From positions 1,302,001-1,366,000 of the forward strand of contig OZ024761.1 of the NCBI GenBank assembly GCA_964016885.1: a DNA stretch of 64,000 nucleotides, given 5' to 3'. The first letter of the stretch is position 1, and each line of letters opens with the position of its first letter. A program made the position numbers and the translations under genes. Under the pieces are notes generated by a model. That model saw only the letters and a list, made by a program, of their open reading frames with translations, made no database searches and had not been told where the DNA came from. Origin of the DNA: Eledone cirrhosa (lineage: Eukaryota). Below, piece after piece: positions 1-13,907 of the stretch.

Positions 1-175
1 AGAGAGGGGGGGGGGGGGTAAAAGAGAGGGAGGAGTGAGAGTGCATTTGGGTAAATGAGTCTGTCCGTGTGTATGTCCATGGCTGATAACAGTTGGAGGA
101 AGTTGCTTCTAACAGGACCCACACAAAAGCATGCTTGAGGATTCTGTCCCTTACAACCCTCCCAGGAATAAGTGG

Positions 176-1004
176 GCTAAGAAGAATATTCATAATCACA
201 TATAACACCTGATTTACAGCCCTGATCTAGCTCCGTGTGATTTCTACCTCTTCCCTAAGTTGAAATCGTTATTGACATGTGATGCGTATGAAGGTTGACA
301 GCTGCATAAAAAGGTGCAGAGCACTAGAAGTCGATGGAAACCGCGGAGTGGGGAGACCCAAGATGACCTGGGATGAGGTGATAAAAGCCGACCTTACCCA
401 ATTACACCTCACAAAGGCGATGACACACGACCATGACCTCTGGCGTCACGTAGTAATACAGAGTACCCGACCTCCCAGGGGTACAAGCTGAAGCATATAA
501 ACAATATGCCCCCACACCCCCCACTGCAAGGTAGTCGTGGAGGTGCCACGGCAAAAAAGCACCCAGCCCACACTGTAAAGTGGACGTGTAGGCGCCACGA
601 AAAAGCACCCAGCACTCACTGTAAATGAGGTTGGTGTTAGGAAGGGCATCCAGCTGTAGAAATCAAGCCAAATCAGTTCCTGTATGAGCAAGGCATGGTC
701 AGGCGACCAGACACTGCCCACAACAGGACAACCCATCTAACCCATGCTAGCGTGGAAGAACGGACGTAAAACGGTGATGATGATGGTGATGATGATTGAA
801 GAGTCATCATTTTGGGACTGTGGAAAACATACAAACTAAGGACACACACAGGAAATGGCTTCTGGTACTGCTACGATCTATGGAAAAAACGTTGGAACCA
901 CTGTCTGACTTCCTTTGGGTCATATTTTGAAAGAAATTTCATGTACGTCTAATATACATTTAAATAAAACATAAGTACCCTTACTTTTGGGACAAACCTC
1001 ATGT
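176..1004 (+). mobile_element. Mariner transposase C-terminal remnant, split by an RTE LINE insertion
   Basis: 215-275 reads YSPDLAPCDFYLFPKLKSLL. After the LINE it resumes at ~796 with LKSHHFGTVENIQ...YCYDLWKKRWNHCLTSFGSYFE. A TIR-like end ...ttttgggacaaacctcatg-TA lies at ~1004. Confidence 0.8.
276..795 (+). mobile_element. 5'-truncated RTE-type LINE 3' end with (GAT)n tail
   Basis: ORF 279-491 contains ..VDGNRGVGRPKMTWDEVIKADL.., a typical RTE C-terminus. A 3' UTR follows and ends in gatgatgat, with attga at both junctions (possible TSD). Confidence 0.75.
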
Positions 1005-1359
1005 ATATATATATATATATATATATATTTGGCCTCCTGTCATTTAACTTTATAATGTATATATATATATATATATAGGAAAAAGTATGACCCCGACGGC
1101 AGAGCTCAAACCGTTTCGACGGCTATTTCTGGACTAAATTAAATTTTTTTAGCCTGGTGAATAAATAGCCGAACTTTTCAAGGGGGTACTTCCTTATATG
1201 GGAAGATTGTAACTACAGGGGAGTGAGTGGAGCGGTCAAGTGTTGAAAGTGATATGTTCTACAGGCAAGTTCAGCCACCCCTACCTCCCACTAAATGCCA
1301 TGATAGACTTATTTGTGTTTACAACAAATTTTAACCAATCCTCTTCCATATAAGGAAGT

Positions 1360-1456
1360 ACCCCCTTGAAAAGTTCGGCTATTTATTCACTAGGCTAAAA
1401 ATTCTAATTTAGTCCAGAAATAGCTGTCGAAACGGCTTGAGCTCTGCCGTCGGGGT
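1360..1456 (+). ncRNA. Type I hammerhead ribozyme, family A, U3-A8 core variant (inverted copy ~1090-1188 on minus)
   Basis: CCCC-UUGAAAA-G..CGGCUA..(long stem II)..UAGCUG-UC-GAAA-CGGC-UUGAGCUCU-GCCG-UC|GGGG. Stems I, II and III all pair; GUC cleavage triplet. Confidence 0.7.
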
Positions 1457-1624
1457 CATACTTTTTCCTATTTCCCACTCAACTACCCTAAGTATTGAGT
1501 ACTCTGGTGCATTATGGTCCATCTGGTTCCTTACCAAAATTCCTTTGTTATATATATATATATGATAAAGTGAAATGACAGGAGGCCAAATTTGTTGAAT
1601 TTCCTTAATTTTTTATTACTGTAA

Positions 1625-1682
1625 ACACTATGCATATTTCAGTGGCCAGGTTGCGTAAGAACCTGGTGACCTCATCAGGTGT
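1625..1682 (-). ncRNA. Type I hammerhead ribozyme
   Basis: Minus strand: ACAC-CUGAUGA-GGUC-ACCAGGUU..AACCUGG-CCACU-GAAA-UAUGCAUA|GUGU. Palindromic stem III, AUA triplet. Confidence 0.8.
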
Positions 1683-1954
1683 AAATTGCATAATAGATGT
1701 ATACCAACGGAATGATGGTAAGCTTATATATATATATACACTCTCTAAGATGGCCGACTGAATATGCATGTGTGTTTTTTTCTTCCCAATTTTTTTTTCT
1801 CATTCTCCCCATCCCTTCCTCTCATACCTCTTTACTTTCTATTTATATTCTATTTATAACCCTATCTTCTGATGAAGGATTAGTTTCCATGTACTGTGCT
1901 ATTTGTTTTGTTATTTTTGTTACTTCTACATACAAATACATATATATATCTAAA

Positions 1955-3026
<1,072 letters not shown>

Positions 3027-3291
3027 GAAAGGTATAGAAAGTATTTTTTCCTCATCTGTTTCTCTCTGCCTTTCTTCTTTCTTCAATAATTTAAATTATT
3101 TGAATCTCTAACAGTTATGTAAATTGCTATTATGTATTTTTAAGTTTTCTCACACGCACCCTCTGTATTATATGTAAATTTTTTCATGTCTCAATCTTAA
3201 GGTATATAAATATTGAGTCTTGTCATATCATATTCACTACCATGACTGAATCTTAACCATCTACTATGTCAGGGTATGTCATGCATCATCT

Positions 3292-3359
3292 TATTTTATC
3301 TGATGAGGACGTACTGTTGAAGATAGTTCAGTACCTCTGAATATATGTATAATAAAATA
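3292..3359 (+). ncRNA. Degenerate type I hammerhead ribozyme
   Basis: UAUUUUAU-CUGAUGA-GG..GUACUG..CAGUAC..CU-GAA(U)-AUAUGUAUA|AUAAAAUA. Perfect 8-bp stem I; GAAA box altered. Confidence 0.6.
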
Positions 3360-3772
3360 TACTTGAACACACGAATGTCTATTTTTGTTAATATTTTGAA
3401 TTAATATTAATAACTCCGGAAAACCATCATTGTTGAGTGCTTCCAATCTATTGTAAAACTCATTCTTTGATTTATTCATTGAACCTTGTTTAACCTTTAT
3501 ATATATATATATATATATATATATTCTTGTTGCATCTTTTGTACTATCTATTGGAAAATAGACATCATATATATATATATATATGTGTATGTATGTAAAT
3601 ATATATATATATACATATATATGTATCTATCTATACTTGTACAGTTTGTGGCAGAATCTGTCTGTCAATCTCACACAATAGGACACTCCCTACTAACTAT
3701 AGAATATACAAACCAGTTAAAACTTATCTACTTATACCACAAGATCTGAGCCTGTGCATATCCTAATATATA

Positions 3773-4643
3773 CAGGGTGCGGACGATATCTGTTCGCAAG
3801 ATTATTGTCTATGAAAAAAATAACACAGTAGTTTTATTTTTTAAGATTTATTTATCAAACTTGGGTCAGTTTGTCTTCATGACTTGTTCTTTCGATCCCA
3901 CTTGATAAACCCGCCATTGGCTTTGATGACGGCCTCAAGGCGGCCTCAGAACCGGCTACAGGCCTTCGTCACTGTCCTCCGACTTAGGCCCCTAAAGGCA
4001 CTTGTGATCTTGGCCTTCAGATCGTCTTTCGTATTGCAGCTAGATCTGTTGGTGTCTCGTTCCACTGCGCCCCAAACAAAGAAGTCGAGGGGGTTGCAGT
4101 CAGGCGAGCTGGGAGGCCAGATGTCAGGTGAAGTGTGGTCGACGAAGTTCTCTGACAGCCAGGCTCGGGTCTTTCGGCTGGTATGGCAGGCCTTGAGTTT
4201 TGCTGCCACACGTATGGCCTACCTGCAGCTACCTGGTCGATCCGTGGCTTTACTACCTCGCTCAGAATGCTGATGTAGCCATCGGTATTCAGCTTGAAGC
4301 CCTCAGGAAAGAACTCTGGTATTCTGAAGGCATCAGATCGTTGACCATGTGTTTTCCTCTCTGATGTTGCTTCATAGTCGAATCCTGAATCTTCCAATTC
4401 CTTTCTGACCTTTTCCACCATTCTCCTGCTGACGCTGAAAATGTCTGAAATTTCTTTATTTGTCCTCCCGGCGCGGATTCCAAGAAGAACTCCGTGTCTC
4501 TTCCACAAATTTGGAGGTTCAAAATTATTCATAATCAATTATTCTGAAAATGTTTTTATGAAGACAAGAGTGACAACGGTAGTAAAAATAATTTGCATAA
4601 AATTAGCAGTTGAAAATTGCGAACAAATATCGTCCGCACCCTG
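3773..4643 (-). mobile_element. Internally deleted Tc1/mariner element, maT/DD37D-like
   Basis: 27-bp TIRs cagggtgcggacgatat(c/t)tgttcgcaa at both ends. Transposase fragments WQQ(N)S..CH..WPPSSPDCNPLDFFVWG have 37 residues between the 2nd and 3rd catalytic positions once one frameshift is repaired. Confidence 0.88.
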
Positions 4644-4645
4644 CA

Positions 4646-5235
4646 TATATGTGTGCGTGTGTATGTATATATATATATGTGTGTGTGTATGTATATATGT
4701 GTGTGTGTGTATGTATGTATATATATGTGTGTGTGTATGTATATATGTGTGTGTGTGTATGTATGTATATATGTGTGTGTGTGTGTGTATATATATATGT
4801 GTGTGTGTGTATGTATATATGTGTGTGTGTGTATGTATGTATATATATGTGTGTGTGTATGTATATATGTGTGTGTGTGTATGTATGTATATATATGTGT
4901 GTGTGTGTATGTATATGTGTGTGTGTGTGTATGTATGTATATATATGTGTGTGTATGTATGTATATATATGTGTGTGTGTATGTATATATGAGTGTGTGT
5001 GTATGTATGTATATATATGTATGTGTGTGTGTATGTATATTTATGTGTGTGTGTGTGTGTATATGTGTGTGTGTATGTATGTATATATGTGTGTGTGTGT
5101 GTGTGTATGTATATTTATGTGTGTGTGTGTGTGTATATGTGTGTGTGTATGTATGTATATATGTGTGTGTGTGTGTGTGTATGTATATTTATGTGTGTGT
5201 GTGTGTGTGTATATGTATATTTATATATGTGTGTG
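4646..5235. repeat. (TG)/(TA) compound microsatellite
   Basis: Seen directly. Confidence 0.95.
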
Positions 5236-5504
5236 AATGTGGATAAACATATACATACATATATATGTATAAAAGGTATCAATGGTTTGTAGTATTTTTA
5301 CCATTCTATTTTTTCATCAGTGTTTATTTATGATCATCCTCCATGCCCTCCCCTTATCCCCCTTAACCCCCCCCCCATAAAATACTACACGACCCTTCTT
5401 GTAAATTGTTTTCTCTTCTATAGGGAATTAACATGTTTTTGTCTGAGGTTCCACTGTGAGTCCCATTCCAGTGGCTTCTCTGACAGCGAATATTTTCACC
5501 TGCT

Positions 5505-5630
5505 TCTTCTTCATCATCATCATCATCATCATCATTATCATCATCATCGTCATCATCATTATCATCATCACTGTAATCGTCATCACCATCAACATCATCA
5601 TCAACATCATCATTGTAATCCATCATCCTT

Positions 5631-5664
<34 letters not shown>

Positions 5665-5885
5665 CCATCATCATCTACAATCTACACCATCGTCATCATC
5701 ATCATCATCATCATCGTAATCGTCATCATCATCACCATCATCAACATCATCGTTATCCTCATCATCACCATCACAACCACCACTACCATCATCATCGTCA
5801 ATATCATCACTACCTCCACCTTTGTCTTCTTCTTCTTCTTCTTCTTCTTCTTCTTCTTCTTCTTCTTCTTCGCCATCACCACCAC
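5505..5885. repeat. (CAT)n and (CTT)n trinucleotide repeats
   Basis: Seen directly. Confidence 0.95.
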
Positions 5886-6076
5886 CCATACCTGCCCCAC
5901 TCATTGCTGTGAAATGAATAAAACATTCGCCATCATTGCAGTTACGTTGAACAAAAGTCTTCTTCACTTCAAAGTTTTCCTTATTCCTCGTTCGTTTGTT
6001 CCTTCATTCTTCCTGCCAAAAGAATCTTATCATTGGTAAACAATATAGAGTACATAAATTTAGCCTTGGTTCTACC

Positions 6077-6457
6077 ATTAACCCGTTCGTTACCATATTT
6101 CTAATGAAATACACTGTCTATCTCATTAACCCCTTCATTACCATATTTCTAATGAAAGACACTGCCTACATTTTTAATCCTTTCATTACTAGATTTCTAA
6201 TGAAAGACTGTATATGACATTAACCCTTTCGTTACCATATTTCTAATGAAAGACACTACCTATGTCATTAACCCTTTCATTACCATATTTATAATGAAAG
6301 ACACTACCTATGTCATTAACCCTTTCATAACCATATTTATAATGAAAGACACTACCTATGTCTTTAACCCTTTCATTACCAGATTTCTAATGAAAGACAC
6401 TACATATGTTTTTAACCCTTTCATTACCAGATTTCTAATGAAAGACACTACCTATGT
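6077..6457 (+). repeat. 48-bp minisatellite, ~8 copies
   Basis: Unit attaaccctttcattaccatatttctaatgaaagacactacctatgtc, visible as the 16-aa repeat MKDTTYVINPFITIFI. Confidence 0.9.
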
Positions 6458-6859
6458 TTTCTGTTCTTTTTTCTGTTTTCTTTCTTTCTGTTTCTTTTCT
6501 GTTTTATTCCCTTCCTGTTTTCTTCCCCTTTCCGTTCCTTTTCTCTTTTCTTCCTTTTCTGATCTTTTTGTTTTCTTCTCTTTCTGTTCTTTTTTTTCAA
6601 ATTCTATATTACTGTTTTCTCTGTATTTTTTTTTCTATTTAAAAAAAAAAATTATTTATTTTGCATCCATCTTTCTTTCCCTGACTAAGCATTAAAAATA
6701 ATTAGAAGAGATCCTACAGATCGAGAGATTTTGTAGATTAATTAGAATATACCTGACATTAATTAGATAAGATTTCTTGCGCTAATTGCAATAAACACTA
6801 CATGAATTAGCAAATAAGTGCTTAATGCTGAAACATCTGGCATAATATAGAATATGGTG

Positions 6860-6886
6860 TCGGCCTTTTGGCTAAGATCAAAGTGT
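6860..6886 (+). pseudogene. U2 snRNA 5' fragment
   Basis: tcggccttttggctaagatcaaagtgt matches the conserved U2 5' stem I region, ending at the start of the branch-point-recognition sequence. Confidence 0.75.
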
Positions 6887-6909
6887 CGTGCCTTTTCTCA
6901 TAAGTTTAA

Positions 6910-7387
6910 CCCTTTATCATTTACATTACTCTATATTTACTATTTCATTTATGTGGTAAAGGCTTTACCTCACATAATTATCTCACATAACATTTACACT
7001 ACTCTATATTTACTATTGTATTTATGTGGTAAAGGCTTTATCTCACATAATGTTGAATCTATGAGATTTTGATATTATTTATTTTAAGAGCAATACCTTA
7101 ACATCAGTATGAGTGGCCAGTTATGGCCAGTTTGAACAGAAAGAGGTGAGAGAATTCTGGCCAGATATGTCTGGTTTAAATGCTAAAGGGTTAAACCGGC
7201 CATATCCGGCCAGAATTCTCTCACTGCCTTCTATTTAAACCAGCTATAACCAGCCGCTTATGATGATGTTAAGGTATTGTTCTTAAAATAAATAATATCA
7301 ACATCTCATAGATTTGATATTATGTGAGATAAAGTGTTTACTACAAAAATACAATAGTATATATAGAGTAATGTAAATGGTAAAGGG
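6910..7387. mobile_element. piggyBac-type palindromic MITE
   Basis: TTAA|CCCTTT..AAAGGG|TTAA termini; long imperfect inverted arms converge near 7130-7225. Confidence 0.7.
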
Positions 7388-7531
7388 TTAATATCTGATG
7401 CCACTCCTCAATATTAAACTGACTTTTAGAACTAGGCCAGTGGCTCTCAACAATTTTTGTTCCATGCACCACTCTGTGCACCACACAATGATTGGACAAT
7501 TATATAATATAGTATATTATATGGTATAGTG

Positions 7532-8320
7532 CAGGGGTTCTCCACCTGGTCCATGTGGACCACTCGTGGTCCACAGGAAAATTCAGGTGGTCCACAGAAA
7601 ATTTTCTGTGGACCACCTGAAAAATTTAAATTCTTCCGTACACGTACATGTCAAGCAAACGAAACATGCCTCATCACACCTCACACCTGTGAGTGCACTT
7701 GAGAGCACGCCTTTCCTATTGGACGATTAGGGAATGTTTTCCAGGACTCAGTAACCTTTTTCTACTCGATTCTATCAAATAAAGCTTTATTGAAAAAATA
7801 GACATTTTCAAATTGGTTTTCTTAATGGTGTTCTCATTTGTTTGTTCTCTGTCGTCTTGGTGCTTAAAACATGTCCCTTAGAGGAACAAAAAAGGAACTT
7901 TCATTGCAAAGTGAAAATGGTATTGATCAATCAAATCGATCTTACCAATTAGAAGTAGAAACTTATTCTCAACATCAATGCTTCATATTTGTTACTGAGA
8001 TATGAAATCGAAAAAATTCAAATTAATAACGAATAAGTTATGTGTTGCTTGGTGCAATAGCAAATTCTTTTTTGATCCATGAATTTGACTTAAAGCGTTG
8101 TTCTTATTCTTCGCATTAGTACGACTTCAGCTGTTTATTTGCATAGATTTTTAGGCACTGCGACATGATAATAGCATTTTCTAATTCATTAAAAAAAAAA
8201 ACATCTACTGATGTTTATAAGTAGTAGTTCTATTAAAAAAGATTTAAAAGTTTAGGTGGTCCACAGGAAAAATTTACTTATTTTGGTGGTCCACAGCGAA
8301 AAAAAGGTTGAGAACCCCTG
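7532..8320. mobile_element. Non-autonomous hAT (Charlie-like) element
   Basis: TIRs caggggttctc(c/a)acct / aggttgagaacccctg, an exact 8-bp TSD gtatagtg on both sides, and subterminal GTGGTCCAC repeats. Confidence 0.88.
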
Positions 8321-9170
8321 GTATAGTGTATAATATAGTATATATTATATAGTATAGTGTACAGTCTAGAGTAGAAAATAGTATATTATATAGTCTAGCA
8401 TATAGTATAGTGTATATAGTATATTATATAGTATAGTGTAGAATATAGTATGTTATATAGTATAGTGTATAGTATAGATTATATTATATAGTATAGTGTA
8501 GAATGTAGTATATTATATAGTATAATATATAATATACTATGTACTATGCTATATTTACACTAGTATATAGCATAGTATATTGTATAGGATATTATATCTG
8601 TATGTATATGTGTGTGTGCTAATGTATATATCTATGTGTGTATGTGTATATGTGTATGTGTATGTGTGTAAGTTTACATGAGTCTCAGCGTTTATAAATT
8701 TCAGGGGAGGTAACTTTGATAAGCATAAATTAGAAAAATTCCTCAATCATCGCAAATAATTTTGTGTGTATGTGTGTGTATGCGATGGTGGTGGTATTGG
8801 TGTTGTTGTTGTTGTTGGTGGTGGTGGTAGTGGTAATGGTGTTGTTGGTGGTGATGGTCCTAGTGATGGTAGTGGGGATAATGGTGGTGGTAATAGTGTT
8901 GTAGGTGGTGGGGAAGATTATGGTGGTGGTGGTGGTGGTGGTGGTATTGGTGATAGTGGGAATATCTCTCCTATTCTCTCCTTCTTCGGAAGAAATCAGC
9001 TGTGTTCACACCTGGGTCTCAGATGTGATCGATTTTCCATTGGAGTGTTGTCATAGTTACCTCCCTTGAAATACTGCACAGTTTTGCGATAAATCCAGTC
9101 CCCCCCCCCCCCCTACAAGCTCACCTGTATATTGAGTAACTTAGAAACGAGAACGTTATCAGATTCTCTC

Positions 9171-9219
<49 letters not shown>

Positions 9220-9222
<3 letters not shown>

Positions 9223-9445
9223 AACGAGTAGGACCCCGACGGCTGAGCTCAAGCCGTTTCGACGGCTAATTCTGGACTAAATGAAAATTTTTATCCTGAT
9301 ATATGAATAGCCGAGCTTCTCAGGGGGTAATTCCATATATGGTAAAAGTGATTGTCACAAGGATTGGTCAAAAGTTTGTTGTTGAGACACATAATTCTAT
9401 CATGGCAATTTGTGGAAGGAAGGGGTAGCTGAACCTGCCAGTAGA
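9220..9445 (-). mobile_element. Family A HHR element (minus)
   Basis: Near-identical reverse complement of 36620-36845, core ACCCC-CUGAGAA. Confidence 0.75.
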
Positions 9446-10329
9446 AGAAAGAGGGAGAGGGGTGGAGGAAACCCAGTCGTGCGTTGATAGTGCCAACTAC
9501 AGCAGGGCAGGAGGTCAAGGAAGTATACTAGGGAGGGGGAGGGGGTGGAAGTCGAAACAATAAGTAAAACAATATGGGGTAAATATATAGACAAATACCG
9601 AGAATGTTAAAAAAACAATTAAATATTAAAAAAAACAAACAATTTCTGGTTACTATAACCTAAGGACAGCTATCAAGTCTCTCACTGGTACTGCTAGACT
9701 AAAGAAAGGTTTACTAGGTGGGACGGAATTATAATGAGACCCTTTTAAGAGGTATTAGTAATCAACCGAGTATATCTTACGGTGACGGGTCATTTGGGGG
9801 GCCAAAATACTAAAGAAACTACCACGAAATAATAATTCAGAGTCCCGAGACTAATACGAAATAATGATTTCTACCCTAGGCACAAGGCCAGCAACCACCC
9901 AGTGCAAAAAATAAACTAATACGAAATAATAATTCAGAATCCAGAAAAAGAATACTAATACTATCTCTAAGGGTGCCGCTACGATACAAAAATTATAGTG
10001 CAAACTACATAAATGCTTGTACGAAGTATATGAAAAATTTGATACAGAAAATTAATTCAGAATCCCCCCCCCCCCCCAAAAATACTGATATACGAGAAAT
10101 TAAAGCAAAGATACCACTAAGAAATGTAGAAAGCACGGAAAAGGGGCAGCCATCGGATAAGAAGGCAAGTATCCGGGGTCTATCACATCTGCTATAAAAA
10201 GCGGAGTCGGCCAATTCTATCATAGAATAGGGGAAGATGGTGGGGGTACTGAGGCTACAAAGGACCAAGGGGCTACCTCGGGTGGGCGAGAAAGTGAAAA
10301 GGACGACGATATATATATATATAGTAATA

Positions 10330-10490
10330 ATTGTTTATACTTTTGGCACAAGGTCATCAATTACCCAGTACATTACTGGTACTTTATTTTATCGACCCCG
10401 TAAGGATGAAAGGCAAAGTTAACCTCGGCGGGATTTGAACTCAGACCTTAAAGGGACGTAACTATGCTGAAAGCATGGCGTCCGACTCTT
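10330..10490 (-). mobile_element. tRNA-derived SINE family 1 (Nin/Deu-like central domain)
   Basis: Reverse complement gives gagttcaaatcccgccgaggttaactttgcctttcatccttacggggtcgataaaataaagtacc. Confidence 0.8.
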
Positions 10491-10700
10491 AAGAGGGCTC
10501 GATAAGGATAAATATATATCAAATATCAGAACCGTAGAGCAAATATTTATTAAAATAACAGATTAAAGTTTAAGCAAAAAATCGCTGCTTTCACCCTTAA
10601 TGGGTTCTTCTGAAACTCAGAAACTTGAGTTTCAGAAGATCCCGTTAAGGGTGAAAGCAGCGATTCTTTGCTTAAACTTTAATCTGTTATTTTAATAAAT
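10490..10700. mobile_element. Family C fold-back HHR element
   Basis: Palindrome with apex ~10620. Other copies at 26900-27055, 40060-40100, 40980-41150 and 54790-54865. Confidence 0.75.
10627..10679 (+). ncRNA. Type I hammerhead-like ribozyme, family C, CAGAAGA (U4A) core
   Basis: GAGUUU-CAGAAGA-UCCC-GUUAA-GGGU-GAAA-GCA-GCGAUUCUU-UGC-UU|AAACUU. The same core occurs in the 54.8-kb copy. Confidence 0.65.
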
Positions 10701-10738
10701 ATAAATATATACACACACACCCATATATATATACACAC

Positions 10739-10774
<36 letters not shown>

Positions 10775-10869
10775 GAAGTTAATATGCCCAAGGGTACTAA
10801 GTACCCCTAGAAATATATAGGTTGTCTATGATTTAAGGTTGTTCTATGGTATTAATTTGACATACCAGA

Positions 10870-10900
<31 letters not shown>

Positions 10901-11191
10901 GCTCTGTTCTATACATAGAGCACTCTTTTTCCTATGCTTTTTCTTCGGAATTACCTAACATACACACACATATGTATATATAGACCCCCTTCGGTAACTA
11001 ATGACCATGGTTTAGCATCTACAAACTTCTCCTCTGAGGCGCAAGTAAGGGATGTTGGTGGAAGACCAGCAGTCGCCCATACAGACCAGTCTCCCCTCTC
11101 CACGCCACCGATATTGGCAAAGGGAAAAGCAATGGCCGATAGAGGTTGGCAGCAGTGATATAGAAACACATTTCTATAGCTGAATAAACTG

Positions 11192-11238
<47 letters not shown>

Positions 11239-11307
11239 TATGTATACGTACATAACAGCCGTACTAAGAGTGAGAAATGAATTTTCGTTTCATTTTTTCC
11301 GTTTACA

Positions 11308-11350
<43 letters not shown>

Positions 11351-11888
11351 GTATATATATATATGTATATATTTATATGTATATATATATTCATAGATAC
11401 ATACATATATATAGAGAGATTTCTTTATTTACCATAAAGGCATAAAAGAAGGGACAAATACAAAGGGGGAGTTTACATATAATCGAGTAAAAAGGGTGTA
11501 ACATGAAAATAATCGAAAATAACCTCAAAAGGGAGGGGACGTGATGGGGGTTGCACACACCCCCGAACAAGTGTGCAATCCTTTGCCCGGGGAGCACATG
11601 GAGAAGGTGCTCCCCTCTCCTTTACTTCTTTACCTACATATATAGTTGTTATATAGTAAGGTGTATTATTGGTTGTGTCATACGGTCCAATAAACTTTTG
11701 TTAGCAATATTAAGTTCTCCACGCTTTTGTATATCTCCAATTCCATTCAAGGGAACAGCTAGATGATGTAAAACGGAGTATTTGTATCAAAATAAAGATC
11801 CGAAGGCATGGTATAGATTTGGGGGACAAAACTCTAGTGAGTGAGCATCGTTAAATTTCCTCCCTCATATCAAGGATTTGAAGAGAAT

Positions 11889-11977
11889 TCATTTTCACCT
11901 GACGAGATCAGTGATAATCGATCATGGCCGCACGATCGATCTATCTCTTATTGAAACATGTGTCGTGATTAAAATGA
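11889..11977 (+). ncRNA. Type I hammerhead ribozyme
   Basis: UCAUUUUCAC-CUGACGA-(stem II with AUCGAUC/GAUCGAU)-GAAA-CAUGU-GUC|GUGA-UU-AAAAUGA. The 3' tail 11985-12017 is inverted at 11783-11820. Confidence 0.85.
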
Positions 11978-12012
11978 TTGGAAATTTATACCATGCCTTC
12001 GGATCTTTATTT

Positions 12013-12043
<31 letters not shown>

Positions 12044-12046
<3 letters not shown>

Positions 12047-12095
12047 CTTCCTGATGATTTCTCCCGAATGAAACAGTTCTAGTCCTGTAAAACCC
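12044..12095 (+). ncRNA. Type I hammerhead ribozyme, family B
   Basis: GGGCUUC-CUGAUGA-UUUC-UCCC-GAAU-GAAA-CAG-UUCUAGUC-CUG-UA|(consensus GAAGCC). Other copies at 27269-27360, 36315-36368, 39145-39225, 41276-41326, 61357-61440 and 61677-61800. Confidence 0.8.
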
Positions 12096-12344
12096 ATTTC
12101 TATATTATATATATATATTAGGGATTGTAACGACCAGTTACTCGAGGTTCACCAAAGTGTGCACCTGATGCGTAGCTTCCAGCAGGTATATTGGTGTTGT
12201 ACTAAGCAAAGTATAATAATAATAATAATAAAAAAAAGGACGAGGTGTTAAATCTTCATTACATTTATTGAGTTGTGACGCGCGTTTCGCGATTGATCAG
12301 TTCAAGGTTCTATCTGTATCGATCGGACCCGACTCTGGAATTAA

Positions 12345-12890
12345 AAGAAACGCTTGAAACTGAACTAAAAGTATTCTATTGTAGATCCGATATGCATGAA
12401 TATTGCAAATTAACTGAGCTGCTGAAATTTATCTTGGAAAATAATCTGTATGGTGTTCTTAGTGAAATTACGAAACTGATAAAAATCCTCTTGACAATTC
12501 CCATGACTACATCAGAGCCAGAACGCTGCTTTTTAACACTGAAAAGAATAAAAAAAACTTTTCTAAAGAGCACTATGAATCCTGAAAGACTAAAAGCACT
12601 TGCAGTGCTTTCAATGGATAACAATTTCCTCAACATTGAGCCAGGGATCGAGGAGAAAATTATTAACCTTGTCGCTCAAAGTAAAAGTAGAAGAATGGAT
12701 TACATTTTTAAATGAATGGATCAAAGTTGAACCGTAACAATTTGTTGGTAAGTAAAAAAAATTTTTTTTCCTTTCGGATTTTATCAAGTTTATGTATAAA
12801 TTTTCATTTTATATGTTTGTTTTGTTTTATACAATGGCTAAACATTACTGAAGCAGCACCCCAACTAATTTTAGCCACGAGCCGCCATTG
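12345..12890 (+). mobile_element. hAT transposase C-terminal (dimerisation domain) remnant and terminus
   Basis: ..KLIKILLTIPMTTSEPERCFLTLKRIKKTFLKSTMNPERLKALAVLSM..; ends in ..gagccgccattg. Confidence 0.8.
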
Positions 12891-13149
12891 ATTCCTACCC
12901 AATCTCTCGTATCATAAAACCTTTGAAGTTGTTTGTTTAAATAACGAGTTCGGGCCGAGAGATTGGGTAGGAATAGCACTAACTGTCGTCAACCCCAGCG
13001 AATTATATATAATGTACATAGAAATAAACTACATAAGGCCGTTGCTGTATCTATATTAATATTCTATATATATTTCGTGTCCACGACAAATTATATACAC
13101 TTTGAATGGTGATAAAAACAATGTTTATATAGGACATTAAAGTTTTTAG

Positions 13150-13520
13150 AGAGTTGGATGCCATGCTTTGCAGCATAGAGTTACGCCCCTTTACGTTCTG
13201 AGTTCAAATCCCGCCGAGGTTAACATTCCCTTTCATCCTTACGTGGTCGATAAAATAAAGTAACAGTAATACACTGGAGTAATTGCTGACCTTCTGCCAA
13301 AAGTAGAAACAATTATTTAAGACAAAGCGAGGGCGGTAGATTAGCAGTATTAGCAGAGAGTCGGACAACATGCCTTGCAGCATAGAGTTACGGCCCTTTA
13401 CGTTCTGAGTTCAAATCCCGCCGAGGTTAGCTCTGCCTTTCATCCTTACGGGGTCGATAAAATAAAGTACCAGTTACGCACTGGGGTCGATTTAATCGAC
13501 TTTCCGTTCCCACAAAATTC
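13150..13520 (+). mobile_element. Two tandem family 1 SINE copies
   Basis: B box gttcaaatcc and cctttcatccttac..gtcgataaaataaagta each occur twice. Confidence 0.8.
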
Positions 13521-13831
13521 GATTCATATCTTAATCCAGGGCATCGACTAGTTCTGGGATGTATATATAAACATTGATTTTACCATCATTGAAATTGTGT
13601 ATCCATTTTGGGGGGGACACCCTGTATATATATATATATACATATATATATATTTTTATTTCGTATATATATATATATATATATACGGAAAAAATGAAAC
13701 GAAATTTCATTTCCCACTCTTAGTACGGCTGTTACTTAAATATAAGTATGTACACGTACATACATATATGTATACAGACGTACAGTAGTATGTATAGTCT
13801 GTATACATATATGTGTGTACGTATACATACT

Positions 13832-13907
<76 letters not shown>

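Larger units (their letters stand above)
1028..1935. mobile_element. Nested cluster of PLE-derived fold-back elements in (TA)n
   Basis: 1078-1200 is the reverse complement of ~1343-1470, and 1028-1055 is inverted to 1563-1591. The cluster contains HHR motifs and is bounded by (TA)n. Confidence 0.7.

Noticed and set aside
1865-1900. CTGATGA HHR start
   Set aside because: The GAAA and stem III half is missing (apparent internal deletion); at most a remnant.
6077-6457. CRISPR-like regular repeats (also 41569-41808)
   Set aside because: Head-to-tail tandem units without unique spacers, eukaryotic context, and no cas genes.
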